From a virus (lineage: Duplodnaviria; Caudoviricetes), in the IMG/VR virus record IMGVR_UViG_3300027586_000037, positions 1 through 28,090 of that record: 28,090 nt of DNA; one strand, given 5' to 3'. Positions 10,128-18,919 of the stretch are shown here, piece by piece; the first letter of the stretch is position 1, and each line of letters starts with the position of its first letter. The notes under the pieces were generated by a model. The model worked only from the letters and a program-made list of their open reading frames with translations, searched no databases and was not told the DNA's origin. A program made the position numbers and the translations under genes.

Positions 10128-10991
10128 TTACCCAAGACTATTTTTATATTTTTCTGTACCAATCATATTGTTTATCAAATATTTTTGTGTATTACCAACT
10201 CTACCTAATGAGTTAACTTTGTTGTAATCGTCTAAAATGTTGAGTGAATTTCTGTAAAAGTTCCAGTCGTGCAATCTTCTGGTAGACAATAATGTATTGG
10301 CAGCAGTAATATTTGAAGATATTGTCGTAAAAACATTTGCTGACAAATTCGATACATTTACAGTTGTGGTTACTGGAGGATCACCTGCATCTGTAATTGT
10401 TTCAACACGAATACTATTTCTAACTGTAACAAGGTCATTAATAATATTGTTGGCACTTGCATTGATGTCATCAGTGATAAACAGACTAGTAAAATTACCT
10501 AAAAGTGGAACACTGTTTGCAACATTATCGGTTGTGTTTGTCAACATTAAAATTTGTTCACCAGCACTAACGGCTTTGCGGTAGTCTGGAAAATGAGTAA
10601 CTGTGGTAGAATTTTCTGTAACATTAGCTTTAGCTTCCGTAACACCAGAAATATTTGATGTGTGACTCAAATATTTTGGAATCTCAATAATCAAATTCGT
10701 TAAACTGGTTCCCATTGATGTATTAGAACCATTTTCAAAAATGTTGATGGTTTGAACAATCTGATTCATTGTATTAACATTACCACTCAATCTCTCAGTA
10801 ACATCAATCATTGGATTCTTAAAATAATCTGTTGCGACAATACTGCCGTTGGCCAAATCACTTTTTTGCCAATCTTGCAATTGATCTGGCGAAGAATTTA
10901 GATAATTCTTTGCAGAATCGGACAAATTAATGGAATCTCCGAACTTACCAGTATCAAAACTAAAATTTAATCTCTCGTATACGCTAGCCAT
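10128..10991 (-). CDS. Hypothetical protein in the baseplate operon (287 aa, Asn/Thr/Ser-rich)
   Basis: Long ORF with GAGGT SD, between the gp5 C-terminal gene and gp25; no motif I recognise. Confidence 0.8.
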   Translation of the reverse strand: MASVYERLNFSFDTGKFGDSINLSDSAKNYLNSSPDQLQDWQKSDLANGSIVATDYFKNPMIDVTERLSGNVNTMNQIVQTINIFENGSNTSMGTSLTNLIIEIPKYLSHTSNISGVTEAKANVTENSTTVTHFPDYRKAVSAGEQILMLTNTTDNVANSVPLLGNFTSLFITDDINASANNIINDLVTVRNSIRVETITDAGDPPVTTTVNVSNLSANVFTTISSNITAANTLLSTRRLHDWNFYRNSLNILDDYNKVNSLGRVGNTQKYLINNMIGTEKYKNSLG

Positions 10992-11003
10992 AATATTACC
11001 TCA

Positions 11004-11837
11004 TTACATTAGTGAAAATGGTGTGCCCGTCACACCTTTTGGTGCTGGGTGTATGTGTGAATTATACACTGCTCGCATCATCTCCATCGAACCTCTAAGA
11101 TCAAGTACTTGTCCACCGAAAACTACAGGAGCATTCACTGATGAACCCGCATAAATGTTTGTTAGTGCATTAATCTGTGTTGGAATAGCAACATCTAATC
11201 CTGCGGCAACACCGCCAAGTAGTGTTACGTATCCTAAAGGACCAGCTCTCATACCTGTGCCAGCACTAACTTTAGTTTCGGATGTAATCACATCAGCAGT
11301 TAATCCACCAGATACAACCAAATCTCCCTGTAAAAATAAATGGTCACCAGTTGCAAGCTTCATTCGACCAGTAATTGGGTCACCACAACCAACAGTCATA
11401 TCACCATTGGACAAAATAGAAGATGTTTTAGCAACAGTCTGTGTTAATTTACCGGCAACTTCCAAATAATAATCACCATCAACTCTCTCGAACTTGTCAC
11501 CTTTAACATGAACAATTGAATTTCCTTCTATTGTAATATTACACACACCAGAAATAATAACATTATTATTTTTGGCAACAATTTCATAATTATCACCGAC
11601 AATGTGATTGACTCTTGTTCCATCAGATTGGATTTCAAAGAAGGTGCCAAGACCATCGGTCTGTGCTCCGCCGTGTTGGAGGCGTATCCTCTCACGACCT
11701 GGAGTATCATCCAGCTCAAAGCTGTGGCCAGATTCGGTTATAGTTGCGTGGCAGTATGGGTATTTTGGCAAAGTTTCATCGTTTGCCTGTGACTCTGGTT
11801 CTGTCCACGAATAATCATCAGATGGTTTTGTTGCCAT
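11004..11837 (-). CDS. gp5: Baseplate spike, gp5 C-terminal beta-helix part, ending in an HxH tip motif
   Basis: WTEPES...PKYPYCHATITESGHSFELDDTPGRERIRLQH matches the start of the T4 gp5C region; V.G repeats (IVHVKGDKFERVDGDYYLEVAG); ends YNSHIHPAPKGVTGTP. Confidence 0.85.
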   Translation of the reverse strand: MATKPSDDYSWTEPESQANDETLPKYPYCHATITESGHSFELDDTPGRERIRLQHGGAQTDGLGTFFEIQSDGTRVNHIVGDNYEIVAKNNNVIISGVCNITIEGNSIVHVKGDKFERVDGDYYLEVAGKLTQTVAKTSSILSNGDMTVGCGDPITGRMKLATGDHLFLQGDLVVSGGLTADVITSETKVSAGTGMRAGPLGYVTLLGGVAAGLDVAIPTQINALTNIYAGSSVNAPVVFGGQVLDLRGSMEMMRAVYNSHIHPAPKGVTGTPFSLM

Positions 11838-11838
11838 A

Positions 11839-12912
11839 TTAATTAGTTGTAAATTTGGTAAAATCGGTTGTAGTTGATGTTGGGTTCACAGTGGATAGGT
11901 ATGTAGTCAACGTTTCTCCTGCTGCTGCAACACCGGAAGCACTAGCTGGAGTAGTTAATGCCTCAACTATAGCAACAGGTGCCGCCACAATTTTTAAGCC
12001 AGCGGTGTAAACCTCTCCGGCTGATTTCTTTATATCATTGAAGACTGCAATAGCTTCCGAGAAATCTGTTTTACCTGAAAGTGAAAATAATTCTGTGAAA
12101 CCAGAAGTTAGAGATGCTATCAATTCAGCCAAACATTGTTTGAGTAATGCATACAATTTAGCAGGCAAACCAAGTATGAAATCAATCATAGCTCTAACTC
12201 GTTTGGCAAAATCAACAATCACAGTAACAAGGTCTGCAATTTCTGAAATTTTTCGTGCAATATCTTTTAATTCACGCGCCAATTTTTTTGCTTGTTCAAT
12301 CCAATAACTGGTTTCACCACTAGGTGTGAGTCCTAATGCTTTCAATACAGCCTTAATGGCTGTACGAATAGAATCCATAATTTCAGAAAATTTTAATCTA
12401 GCCAATGCTGCGCTACGTTTCATTAATCCAGCAACATCACAAACGTGTTTTCTATTTTGATTTGCTCTGTGTATAGTTGTCTGTTTCAATAAGGTCAAAT
12501 TTTCCAAACCAACATAAGGTAATGATGGTGCGCCAAGAGCTCGGCCTGGGTAAACAACATCACCACCTGTCTTTGGTGCAGCATCTATCTGTGCTTTTGT
12601 CCGTGGATCATTAAAACCAATTGATCTGTTTTGGTCTTCCAGTCTAATTCCGTGTATGACTCCCGTAACAACTGGAAAATCTGGATTACCTTGCATAAAG
12701 TATCCATCGACCATATCACCTTCCTTTGGCATCATCTGAGATAACATTGAAGACGGAGGACAGGAAATTGATGCCCAAGGTAGAGCCTCAGTCGGAACTT
12801 GTGCTCGACTTTCCGGATGTACACCAAGAATACGCACTCTGCAACGTAATTTTAACGGATCGTTTCTGTCCTCAACAGTTCCAATCCACATGCCATAAAA
12901 GTTATTATTCAT
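11839..12912 (-). CDS. gp5: Baseplate spike, gp5 N-terminal OB-fold part plus a helical region (no lysozyme domain)
   Basis: WIGTVEDRNDPLKLRCRVRILGVHP...LPWA...PKEGDMVDGYFMQG is the gp5 OB fold. Start chosen at ATG 12912 (ATGAATAA overlap with the upstream stop) rather than 12939. Confidence 0.85.
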   Translation of the reverse strand: MNNNFYGMWIGTVEDRNDPLKLRCRVRILGVHPESRAQVPTEALPWASISCPPSSMLSQMMPKEGDMVDGYFMQGNPDFPVVTGVIHGIRLEDQNRSIGFNDPRTKAQIDAAPKTGGDVVYPGRALGAPSLPYVGLENLTLLKQTTIHRANQNRKHVCDVAGLMKRSAALARLKFSEIMDSIRTAIKAVLKALGLTPSGETSYWIEQAKKLARELKDIARKISEIADLVTVIVDFAKRVRAMIDFILGLPAKLYALLKQCLAELIASLTSGFTELFSLSGKTDFSEAIAVFNDIKKSAGEVYTAGLKIVAAPVAIVEALTTPASASGVAAAGETLTTYLSTVNPTSTTTDFTKFTTN

Positions 12913-14242
12913 TGTAATTTGCCGCTTTCTCTTGGTCAACAGTGCTTGTAAACACAGTGTTATTATTTTTATCTTTATAATTTGCCGAGTCGGTTACTGC
13001 TTCAATTACGACTTCATGCATATTTGGTCTTATTATGTGTCGTGTTGCAACAATTAAATATTTACCATACAACGAAGAATCAAATGGATTTTCACCATCT
13101 GCCAAAACACCTCGCTTTGGCACATCCAAGTCTATACAAAAACCAGAAGATAACTTAAAATTTCCTGGCAAAACTAATTTAACACGCTTCGAGAATAAAT
13201 TTTGAAAGATGGCTTCACGTTGAAATTTATAATTTTCTGTGTCTTCATCTAATGACACCGATGTTGGATAATTCTCTTTAATAAAATCACTATTTCTTCT
13301 ATTTCCAAAAAATGGATATGTAACAATTCTAGACTCAAACATCTGTGTTTGAAATAAACCGCCTCTATTTTTTATTAGTGAAACATTTGGATTTTTATTT
13401 GCATGGTCACTACCTTCATACATCTCTTTGAAGGTGTGTTGTTGTTCTTGTATTGTTTTAGTTAAAGGATCAAATGCTATAAGTTTGCCAGCATAAACGC
13501 CAGATTTAGTGTTACGAACAAAGTCATTTTGTGTGATGACTTCAAAACTTCTAGCACCAGTAAATTCTTCACCTAAATTATCTGAAATGTTTTTTGCGCT
13601 AAAATTTACTCTAGTTAAACTTGGAAAAGAAAACAGTGTGCTCAAGTTGGTAAAATTGAATCCTAATCTGTTTTCAAAAAATATGAATCCTGGTGATTGT
13701 TTCTCATCTACAGCTCTAGTCGCAAACCACTGTAAAGCAACCAAAGGTTCCAAAGAAGGAACAAGAATGTTTCTGACACCAAAAGAAGATGAATATATTC
13801 CAAATTTTTTGATACCCAAATAGTCACTCATGATTTTAACGGCAGCTTCAGAATATGTCAAGTTATAATAATGTTGTACTTTTTGTTGCAGAGAAAAAAT
13901 ATACTCATCAGAAACAAAATGTAGTACGTAAATCTCACTAGACTGATTTACTGGAACTCGATTCGATTGTTTGTAAATTCGAAACGATTTCTTTATCATT
14001 AACTCATCTTCATCTTTACCAATCTTAACTATCAAAACTTCAGAACCATCAAACAACAATTGTTCAGATAAACCAACAGCATCACGGATTAAAATGTTTC
14101 CACTCATTGATTGATTCAACATCGAATCAAATATATTCAACTCTTCAAATTTGTCTTTGATATCTATATAACCAAATTTGGTTACCAACATCAATTCAGT
14201 AATTCTGTATTGCGTTGTTTCCTGTATATTTAATTCTGACAT
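12905..14242 (-). CDS. Probable baseplate hub protein (gp27-like)
   Basis: 445 aa between gp53 and gp5; LNIFDSM...SGNILIRDAVGL, FIFFENRLGFNF, VLPGNFKLSSG..IDL, GKYLIVATRHII are hub/VgrG-N-like. The CDS is secure; the function is inferred from position and pattern. Confidence 0.6.
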   Translation of the reverse strand: MSELNIQETTQYRITELMLVTKFGYIDIKDKFEELNIFDSMLNQSMSGNILIRDAVGLSEQLLFDGSEVLIVKIGKDEDELMIKKSFRIYKQSNRVPVNQSSEIYVLHFVSDEYIFSLQQKVQHYYNLTYSEAAVKIMSDYLGIKKFGIYSSSFGVRNILVPSLEPLVALQWFATRAVDEKQSPGFIFFENRLGFNFTNLSTLFSFPSLTRVNFSAKNISDNLGEEFTGARSFEVITQNDFVRNTKSGVYAGKLIAFDPLTKTIQEQQHTFKEMYEGSDHANKNPNVSLIKNRGGLFQTQMFESRIVTYPFFGNRRNSDFIKENYPTSVSLDEDTENYKFQREAIFQNLFSKRVKLVLPGNFKLSSGFCIDLDVPKRGVLADGENPFDSSLYGKYLIVATRHIIRPNMHEVVIEAVTDSANYKDKNNNTVFTSTVDQEKAANYNE

Positions 14243-14889
14243 TATGCAATAGCGTTTCTAAATTCTTGTTCAATTGTTTTTAAAAATTCTGGACGAAGAA
14301 TGTCTATTGTTCTCTTTTCTTCATTTGCCTCTATCTCATAATCATAATAAGATATTGAAGATTTTGTTGTTGTTATTGTAACATTTGTGGAATTATAAAG
14401 TGTGTACACAACAGTCGATGCTGTATTTGTATTTGCAAATGTTCCAGCATCAATAACAATAGTTTCGGTCGTTTCATCACCTGATGGTAAAGTTCGTTTC
14501 TCATTTATGTAATAGGAATGTATATGAGATTTTGACCAAGATAAACCTGCTCCTGTGTTTGCGGTATTTGCGTATGTTGCGCCACGATATTTTATGTCAA
14601 TATATTTCGTCAAATCATTATAACGCAGAGGCCAATCAAACTGTGGATTCTTGATATTGTTTACTGAAAGAATGATCCAATGTTTCTCTGGCGAACCATA
14701 CAATTTATCTGCAATTATTTCTGGAGTCTCACCATCAGAAATATCATATTTGTAGTACATTACCAATTTATCTTTTGATGTTGCATTGAATGTAAAGCGA
14801 GACATTAGATTGGTAACAACATCCAAAGATGAGTTGTCATCTGACAAATAGTATGCCGTTTGAGGAAAGTAGTTAAAATATTTTGCCAT
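14242..14889 (-). CDS. gp53: Baseplate wedge protein gp53
   Basis: MAKYFNYFP, YDISDGETPEIIADKLYGSPEKHWIILSVNNI.NPQFDWP, YEIEANEEKRTI.ILRPE. Confidence 0.92.
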   Translation of the reverse strand: MAKYFNYFPQTAYYLSDDNSSLDVVTNLMSRFTFNATSKDKLVMYYKYDISDGETPEIIADKLYGSPEKHWIILSVNNIKNPQFDWPLRYNDLTKYIDIKYRGATYANTANTGAGLSWSKSHIHSYYINEKRTLPSGDETTETIVIDAGTFANTNTASTVVYTLYNSTNVTITTTKSSISYYDYEIEANEEKRTIDILRPEFLKTIEQEFRNAIA

Positions 14890-14900
14890 GATTGTTTATT

Positions 14901-16154
14901 TTATTGGTCAGTACGCTCGAATGTATTTTCAGCTCGAGAGAAAAAATCTCTACTATTAACTTCTCGGTTCACATCATATTTTGTAATAATTTGAGTTTCT
15001 TTGAATACCAACCCAAGTCTAATACCAACTGGCATACCAGTTGAACCTATTTTTGGTGTGCCTGCATCTTCCAATACTTCATACGCAGCAAAACCACTTG
15101 GCGCATAATCCACATCAACTGTTTGTAAAACACAAGTAGAAATTGGTGGTATATTTGGATTTTCTGCTCCATTATAAAAGAATTTAATATCGAATTCAGA
15201 AGGTGGAACCAAGAAATATCCACCCAAGCCGCCGGCAGAATTATTACCTAATATTTCTGGTGCTTGGTGAAACCTAATTCTGTGTATAATATTTTGTACT
15301 TCTTTTGCTTCAATTCGACTTCTCGGATAAAACATAAAGTCGAAACGAAAACTTCTAAATTCAGGAGCAGAATAGATAACTTCCATCATCGGATTAACAG
15401 TTGTTCCAGTGAATCCAGCAAATACGGCCCGCCCAGCTTGTCCTGCCATGTTAGCTAAAGCATTCAAAACAAATGGTGTTGCATTTTTAAATGCATAGTT
15501 TGCTTTTTCAGTATTACCCGCATCACTATTAACGACATTTTGTATACCAGAAAAACCTGCACCCAAAAGTGCTGCCAATCCACCACCAAGTTCAAGGCCA
15601 GCAAAGCTTTGTGATTGAGAAAAAGCTAATGTGTCTGGCATGTATAATGCAATTGTATCTGTTGTGCGTTTTGTTGTTCTGAGCCCGGTTTTAGCAAAAG
15701 TTCCGGCATTATCTGCAAAATATTGTGCCACACCTGGCAACCCTGACGCACTGTATACGTCTTGAGTTTTCTGCAATAGTCTTTGTAATTCTGGACTGCC
15801 GGATGACAATTTAAATTTTTTCTGAATGTTCTCAGAAATTACCGAAAGATCCAAATTTGAAGCAGCAGTTACAGCACCTTGAGTCACTGAAACAAAATCT
15901 GACGCACCACCATTAAAACGATTTAATCCAAGTCTATTCTGTACCGCAGTTGTTTCTTCACCAGTTGGTACTCCAGGAAATTGAGTGCGTTTTTGTTCGT
16001 TTATATGCAATATCATATAGTGACCCTTATCGATTTCACCCAAATCGATAGGATAACGCAACGTGTTAATTTTGTATTTGTCTCCAACTATTTTATTAGC
16101 TGTTCGATTTTTATCCGAAGTGAATCGTATGTCCGTAAGCGTGAATAGTGCCAT
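14901..16154 (-). CDS. gp48: Baseplate tail-tube cap gp48
   Basis: LRYPIDL, IALYMPDTL, VNPMMEVIYSAPEFRSFRFDFMFYPRS..EA..V..II..IRFHQAP, CVLQTVDVDYAP, LVFKETQIITK. Confidence 0.9.
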   Translation of the reverse strand: MALFTLTDIRFTSDKNRTANKIVGDKYKINTLRYPIDLGEIDKGHYMILHINEQKRTQFPGVPTGEETTAVQNRLGLNRFNGGASDFVSVTQGAVTAASNLDLSVISENIQKKFKLSSGSPELQRLLQKTQDVYSASGLPGVAQYFADNAGTFAKTGLRTTKRTTDTIALYMPDTLAFSQSQSFAGLELGGGLAALLGAGFSGIQNVVNSDAGNTEKANYAFKNATPFVLNALANMAGQAGRAVFAGFTGTTVNPMMEVIYSAPEFRSFRFDFMFYPRSRIEAKEVQNIIHRIRFHQAPEILGNNSAGGLGGYFLVPPSEFDIKFFYNGAENPNIPPISTCVLQTVDVDYAPSGFAAYEVLEDAGTPKIGSTGMPVGIRLGLVFKETQIITKYDVNREVNSRDFFSRAENTFERTDQ

Positions 16155-16177
16155 ATATACCCCAAGTTATTACTCAT

Positions 16178-16185
16178 TATTTATA
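16178..16185 (-). promoter_or_regulatory. T4-type late promoter TATAAATA driving the baseplate operon
   Basis: Perfect TATAAATA on the minus strand, 23 nt upstream of the gp48 ATG, in the divergent gap. Confidence 0.8.
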
Positions 16186-16189
16186 CCAC

Positions 16190-16630
16190 ATGACCAGACA
16201 AACATACAAAGGTGTATTCAAACCTAAGAACCCACAGAAATATAAAGGTGACCCAACCAACATTATTTATCGTTCGAGTTGGGAAAAGATGGTGATGAAA
16301 TACCTTGATGACAATCCGGGTGTAATTTGGTGGGGGTCTGAGGAGTTACCCATTCCCTACAGAAGTCCGATTGACCAAAAAATACATCGTTACTTTCCAG
16401 ATTTCATCGTCAAGGTCAGGCGGAAAGACGGTCTGGTGATGACATATTTGTGGGAGGTTAAGCCTTATTCACAAACGAAGATGCCAGTCCAAAAACGCAA
16501 GACACATAGGTTTATCCAAGAGGCGGCAACATATGCGGTAAATCAGGAGAAGTGGAGAGCTGCCGATATCTTCTGCCGCGAGCACGGGTGGCAATTTCAA
16601 ATCATAACTGAAAAAGAACTAGGCATCTAG
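16190..16630 (+). CDS. gp4: Head completion protein gp4 (PD-(D/E)xK, TnsA-N-like fold)
   Basis: YKGVFKPKNPQKYKGDPTNIIYRSSWE, W.SEE..IPY.SP.D...HRYFPDF, EVKP..QT, VNQEKW.AA, IITEKEL. Start moved to ATG 16190, since the GTG at 16148 overlaps gp48. Confidence 0.93.
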   Translation: MTRQTYKGVFKPKNPQKYKGDPTNIIYRSSWEKMVMKYLDDNPGVIWWGSEELPIPYRSPIDQKIHRYFPDFIVKVRRKDGLVMTYLWEVKPYSQTKMPVQKRKTHRFIQEAATYAVNQEKWRAADIFCREHGWQFQIITEKELGI

Positions 16631-16638
16631 TATAAATA
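16631..16638 (+). promoter_or_regulatory. T4-type late promoter TATAAATA upstream of gp2
   Basis: Perfect match directly after the gp4 stop, 4 nt before the gp2 ATG. Confidence 0.8.
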
Positions 16639-16642
16639 CGGC

Positions 16643-17221
16643 ATGGCTTATTTAATAGATAGAATTAATGCATCCCTACAAAAAGAGGGATTAACACCGC
16701 GCACTCGAAAGTCACGTGATTGGCTTCGTTCGAAAGTTTCGGATTTAAAACCATCCAAACAATCGTTAATGAATGACATGACCAGACTCAGAGAGGGCAC
16801 CATTATTGGAAAAATGTATTTTTACTTTTATGATCCTAAAACGAAGGATTCGTTGCCATATTACGATAGGTTCCCATTGGTTTTACCAATAGAACGTTAC
16901 CGAGACGGTTTTCTAGGGCTGAATCTACACTACATTCACCCAAAGCAACGCATCATTCTTTTAGATAAATTAAGTGATTATGCAAATAACAATAAGTATG
17001 ACGCATCGACAAGGTTGAGATTGACATATCAAACTTTGAAGGCTGCATCTAAATTGTTTGAGGCACAGCCTTGCATTAAGAGGTATCTGTTCAACCATGT
17101 TCAGTCAAGATTCCTGGAAATTTCAGCAGGTGAATGGGACATTGCTGCATTATTGCCAATGGAAAGTTTTGTTGGAGCTTCTACAAATAAAGTATATTCC
17201 GACTCAAGAAAGAAATTTTAA
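16643..17221 (+). CDS. gp2: DNA end protector protein gp2
   Basis: GKMYFYFYDPKTKDSLPYYDRFPLV, GFLGLNLHY, PCIKRYL..HVQSRF, W..AALLP.E.F. Confidence 0.93.
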   Translation: MAYLIDRINASLQKEGLTPRTRKSRDWLRSKVSDLKPSKQSLMNDMTRLREGTIIGKMYFYFYDPKTKDSLPYYDRFPLVLPIERYRDGFLGLNLHYIHPKQRIILLDKLSDYANNNKYDASTRLRLTYQTLKAASKLFEAQPCIKRYLFNHVQSRFLEISAGEWDIAALLPMESFVGASTNKVYSDSRKKF

Positions 17222-17964
17222 TGTCATTCGCTCCAAATTTATTCTTGTCTAACATTAAGGCAAAGGATGGTCTCGCCAGACCAAATCGTTTTCAAGTAAT
17301 TCTACCAATACCAGAGTACATTGGAAATTTTATTGAATCTGGCCTACTCGAAAAGATTATAAATCTACCAAACACAATTGCAACTGATGTGTCGGAGATA
17401 TTATCGTCTTCATTTGGTGGCCAAGCACCGTCAGGTTATTCCAAATCTTCTAATCCTTCAATCACACGTTATTTGTCGATGCAGTGTGAGGCAGCTGAAC
17501 TTCCAGGCAAAAGTTTAGCCACAACAGAAGTCAAGATTTACGGACCATCATTTAAAGTTCCATATCAAACACAGTATACGGAAAGCACACTTTCATTTTT
17601 ATGCACTAATGATTTTTATGAAAGAAAGTTGTTTGATCGTTGGATCGAATCTATTATGCCAACAGATACAAACAATTTGAGATTTGCAAAAGACCAAGAG
17701 TCTCGTTACTTAACAAACATTAAAGTTATTCAGTATGATGACTTTATTAAACAAATTTATGCGGTTGAATTGATTGATGCTTTTCCAGTTTCAATTTCCG
17801 CACAACCATTATCTTGGTCTGATGATAATTTTCATAGACTAAGTGTTCAATTTTCTTATCAGAAGTATAGAACAATTTATCAAGGCACTTATGATTTGAA
17901 AGAGGCCGCTGCATCCATATTTGGTTCTTTTGCAGCATCCTCAATTTTTGGAAATAGATTTTAA
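17221..17964 (+). CDS. Tail tube-fold protein (gp54 tube initiator / gp19-like)
   Basis: GLARPNRFQV, CEAAELPGKSLAT, FDRWIESI, I.QYD, ELIDAFPVSISAQPLSW, L.VQFSYQKY. Confidence 0.8.
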   Translation: MSFAPNLFLSNIKAKDGLARPNRFQVILPIPEYIGNFIESGLLEKIINLPNTIATDVSEILSSSFGGQAPSGYSKSSNPSITRYLSMQCEAAELPGKSLATTEVKIYGPSFKVPYQTQYTESTLSFLCTNDFYERKLFDRWIESIMPTDTNNLRFAKDQESRYLTNIKVIQYDDFIKQIYAVELIDAFPVSISAQPLSWSDDNFHRLSVQFSYQKYRTIYQGTYDLKEAAASIFGSFAASSIFGNRF

Positions 17965-17981
17965 TTTAAAATGGAGATAGA

Positions 17982-18722
17982 ATGTTACCTAAGATTGATA
18001 CACCGTTATATGAACTAGAATTACCACTTCTCAAAAGGAAAGTACAGTTCAGACCATTTTTGGTCAAAGAAGAAAAAATATTGTTGATGGCCATGGAGTC
18101 GGAAGATGAAAATTCTGTTGTTCTGGGCATCAAACAAATTATGAGAAACTGTTTATTGACAGATATTGACATTGAAGATTTACCTATCTTAGATTTCGAA
18201 TACTTGTTTTTAAATCTCAGAGCCAGATCCGTTGGTGAGATTATTGATTTGCAATACAAATGTAATAATGATATTCCAGGTTCTGAAGATGATAAGACTC
18301 ACAAGTGTGGTAACTTAATTAATTTGTCTTTTAATGCATTGGAAGTTAAACCTGAAATTAATGAGATAAATGGAAAAATTCAATTAACACCAAAATTAGG
18401 TGTTGTGTTGAAGTATCCAACATTCAGAGCAATCGAAACAATGTCTAGTGTAAAGGACATTAATCCGGCCGAGTTTGTATCACAGACAGTCATATCATCA
18501 ATTGATTACATTTATGATGAAGAGGATATGTATTATGCAAAAGACACTCCAAAAGAAGAATTGATGGATTTTGTTGATAGTTTAACAAAAGAACAATTTG
18601 GTATGATTCAAAAATTCTTTGAAAAAATTCCAAAATTAACCAAAAAAATTGATTTTAAATGTAATAAATGTAACTATGAAGAAAATATTGAAATTGAAGG
18701 CATCCAAAGTTTTTTCGGATGA
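17982..18722 (+). CDS. gp26: Baseplate hub assembly protein gp26-like
   Basis: LPKIDTPLYELELP, FRPFLVKEEKILLMA.ES, FEYLFLNLRARSVGE, CxxC near the end, IEGIQSFF; GGAG SD. Confidence 0.9.
   Translation: MLPKIDTPLYELELPLLKRKVQFRPFLVKEEKILLMAMESEDENSVVLGIKQIMRNCLLTDIDIEDLPILDFEYLFLNLRARSVGEIIDLQYKCNNDIPGSEDDKTHKCGNLINLSFNALEVKPEINEINGKIQLTPKLGVVLKYPTFRAIETMSSVKDINPAEFVSQTVISSIDYIYDEEDMYYAKDTPKEELMDFVDSLTKEQFGMIQKFFEKIPKLTKKIDFKCNKCNYEENIEIEGIQSFFG
18710..18716 (+). other. Candidate -1 ribosomal frameshift heptamer T TTT TTC (gp26 to gp51)
   Basis: In-phase X XXY YYZ site in the last codons of gp26 (AGT TTT TTC GGA TGA); the -1 frame continues CGG ATG ATT... into gp51. Confidence 0.6.
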
Positions 18723-18919
18723 TTTTTCGTTATGACAGTTTATCTAACCATTTCCAAACCAATTTTGCTCTTATGCAACATCACAAATATTCTCTGAACG
18801 AATTGAATGATATGATGCCTTGGGAAAGAAATGTTTATGTAACTATGCTGCTTCGGTTTATTGAGGAAGAAAACGAGAAGCTAAAACAACAACAAATAGC
18901 AAGAAAAAGTAGAAAATAA
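18719..18919 (+). CDS. gp51: Baseplate hub assembly catalyst gp51-like (short form)
   Basis: NHFQTNFALMQHHKYSLNELNDMMPWERNVYVTML; ATGA overlap with gp26. Confidence 0.9.
   Translation: MIFRYDSLSNHFQTNFALMQHHKYSLNELNDMMPWERNVYVTMLLRFIEEENEKLKQQQIARKSRK

Noticed and set aside
14891-14900. AATAAACA before gp53 as a late promoter
   Set aside because: Mismatch in the core within an AT-rich gap; too weak.
16190-16630. TnsA-like nuclease as a transposon or homing element
   Set aside because: Matches head completion gp4 in motif and position; no transposase partners or terminal repeats.
16628-16645. The only TAG stop among called genes is in frame with gp2 (TAG TAT AAA TAC GGC ATG): readthrough or recoding
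   Set aside because: One-in-three chance; the spacer is explained by the late promoter; both proteins have normal lengths and no gene needs TAG read as sense.
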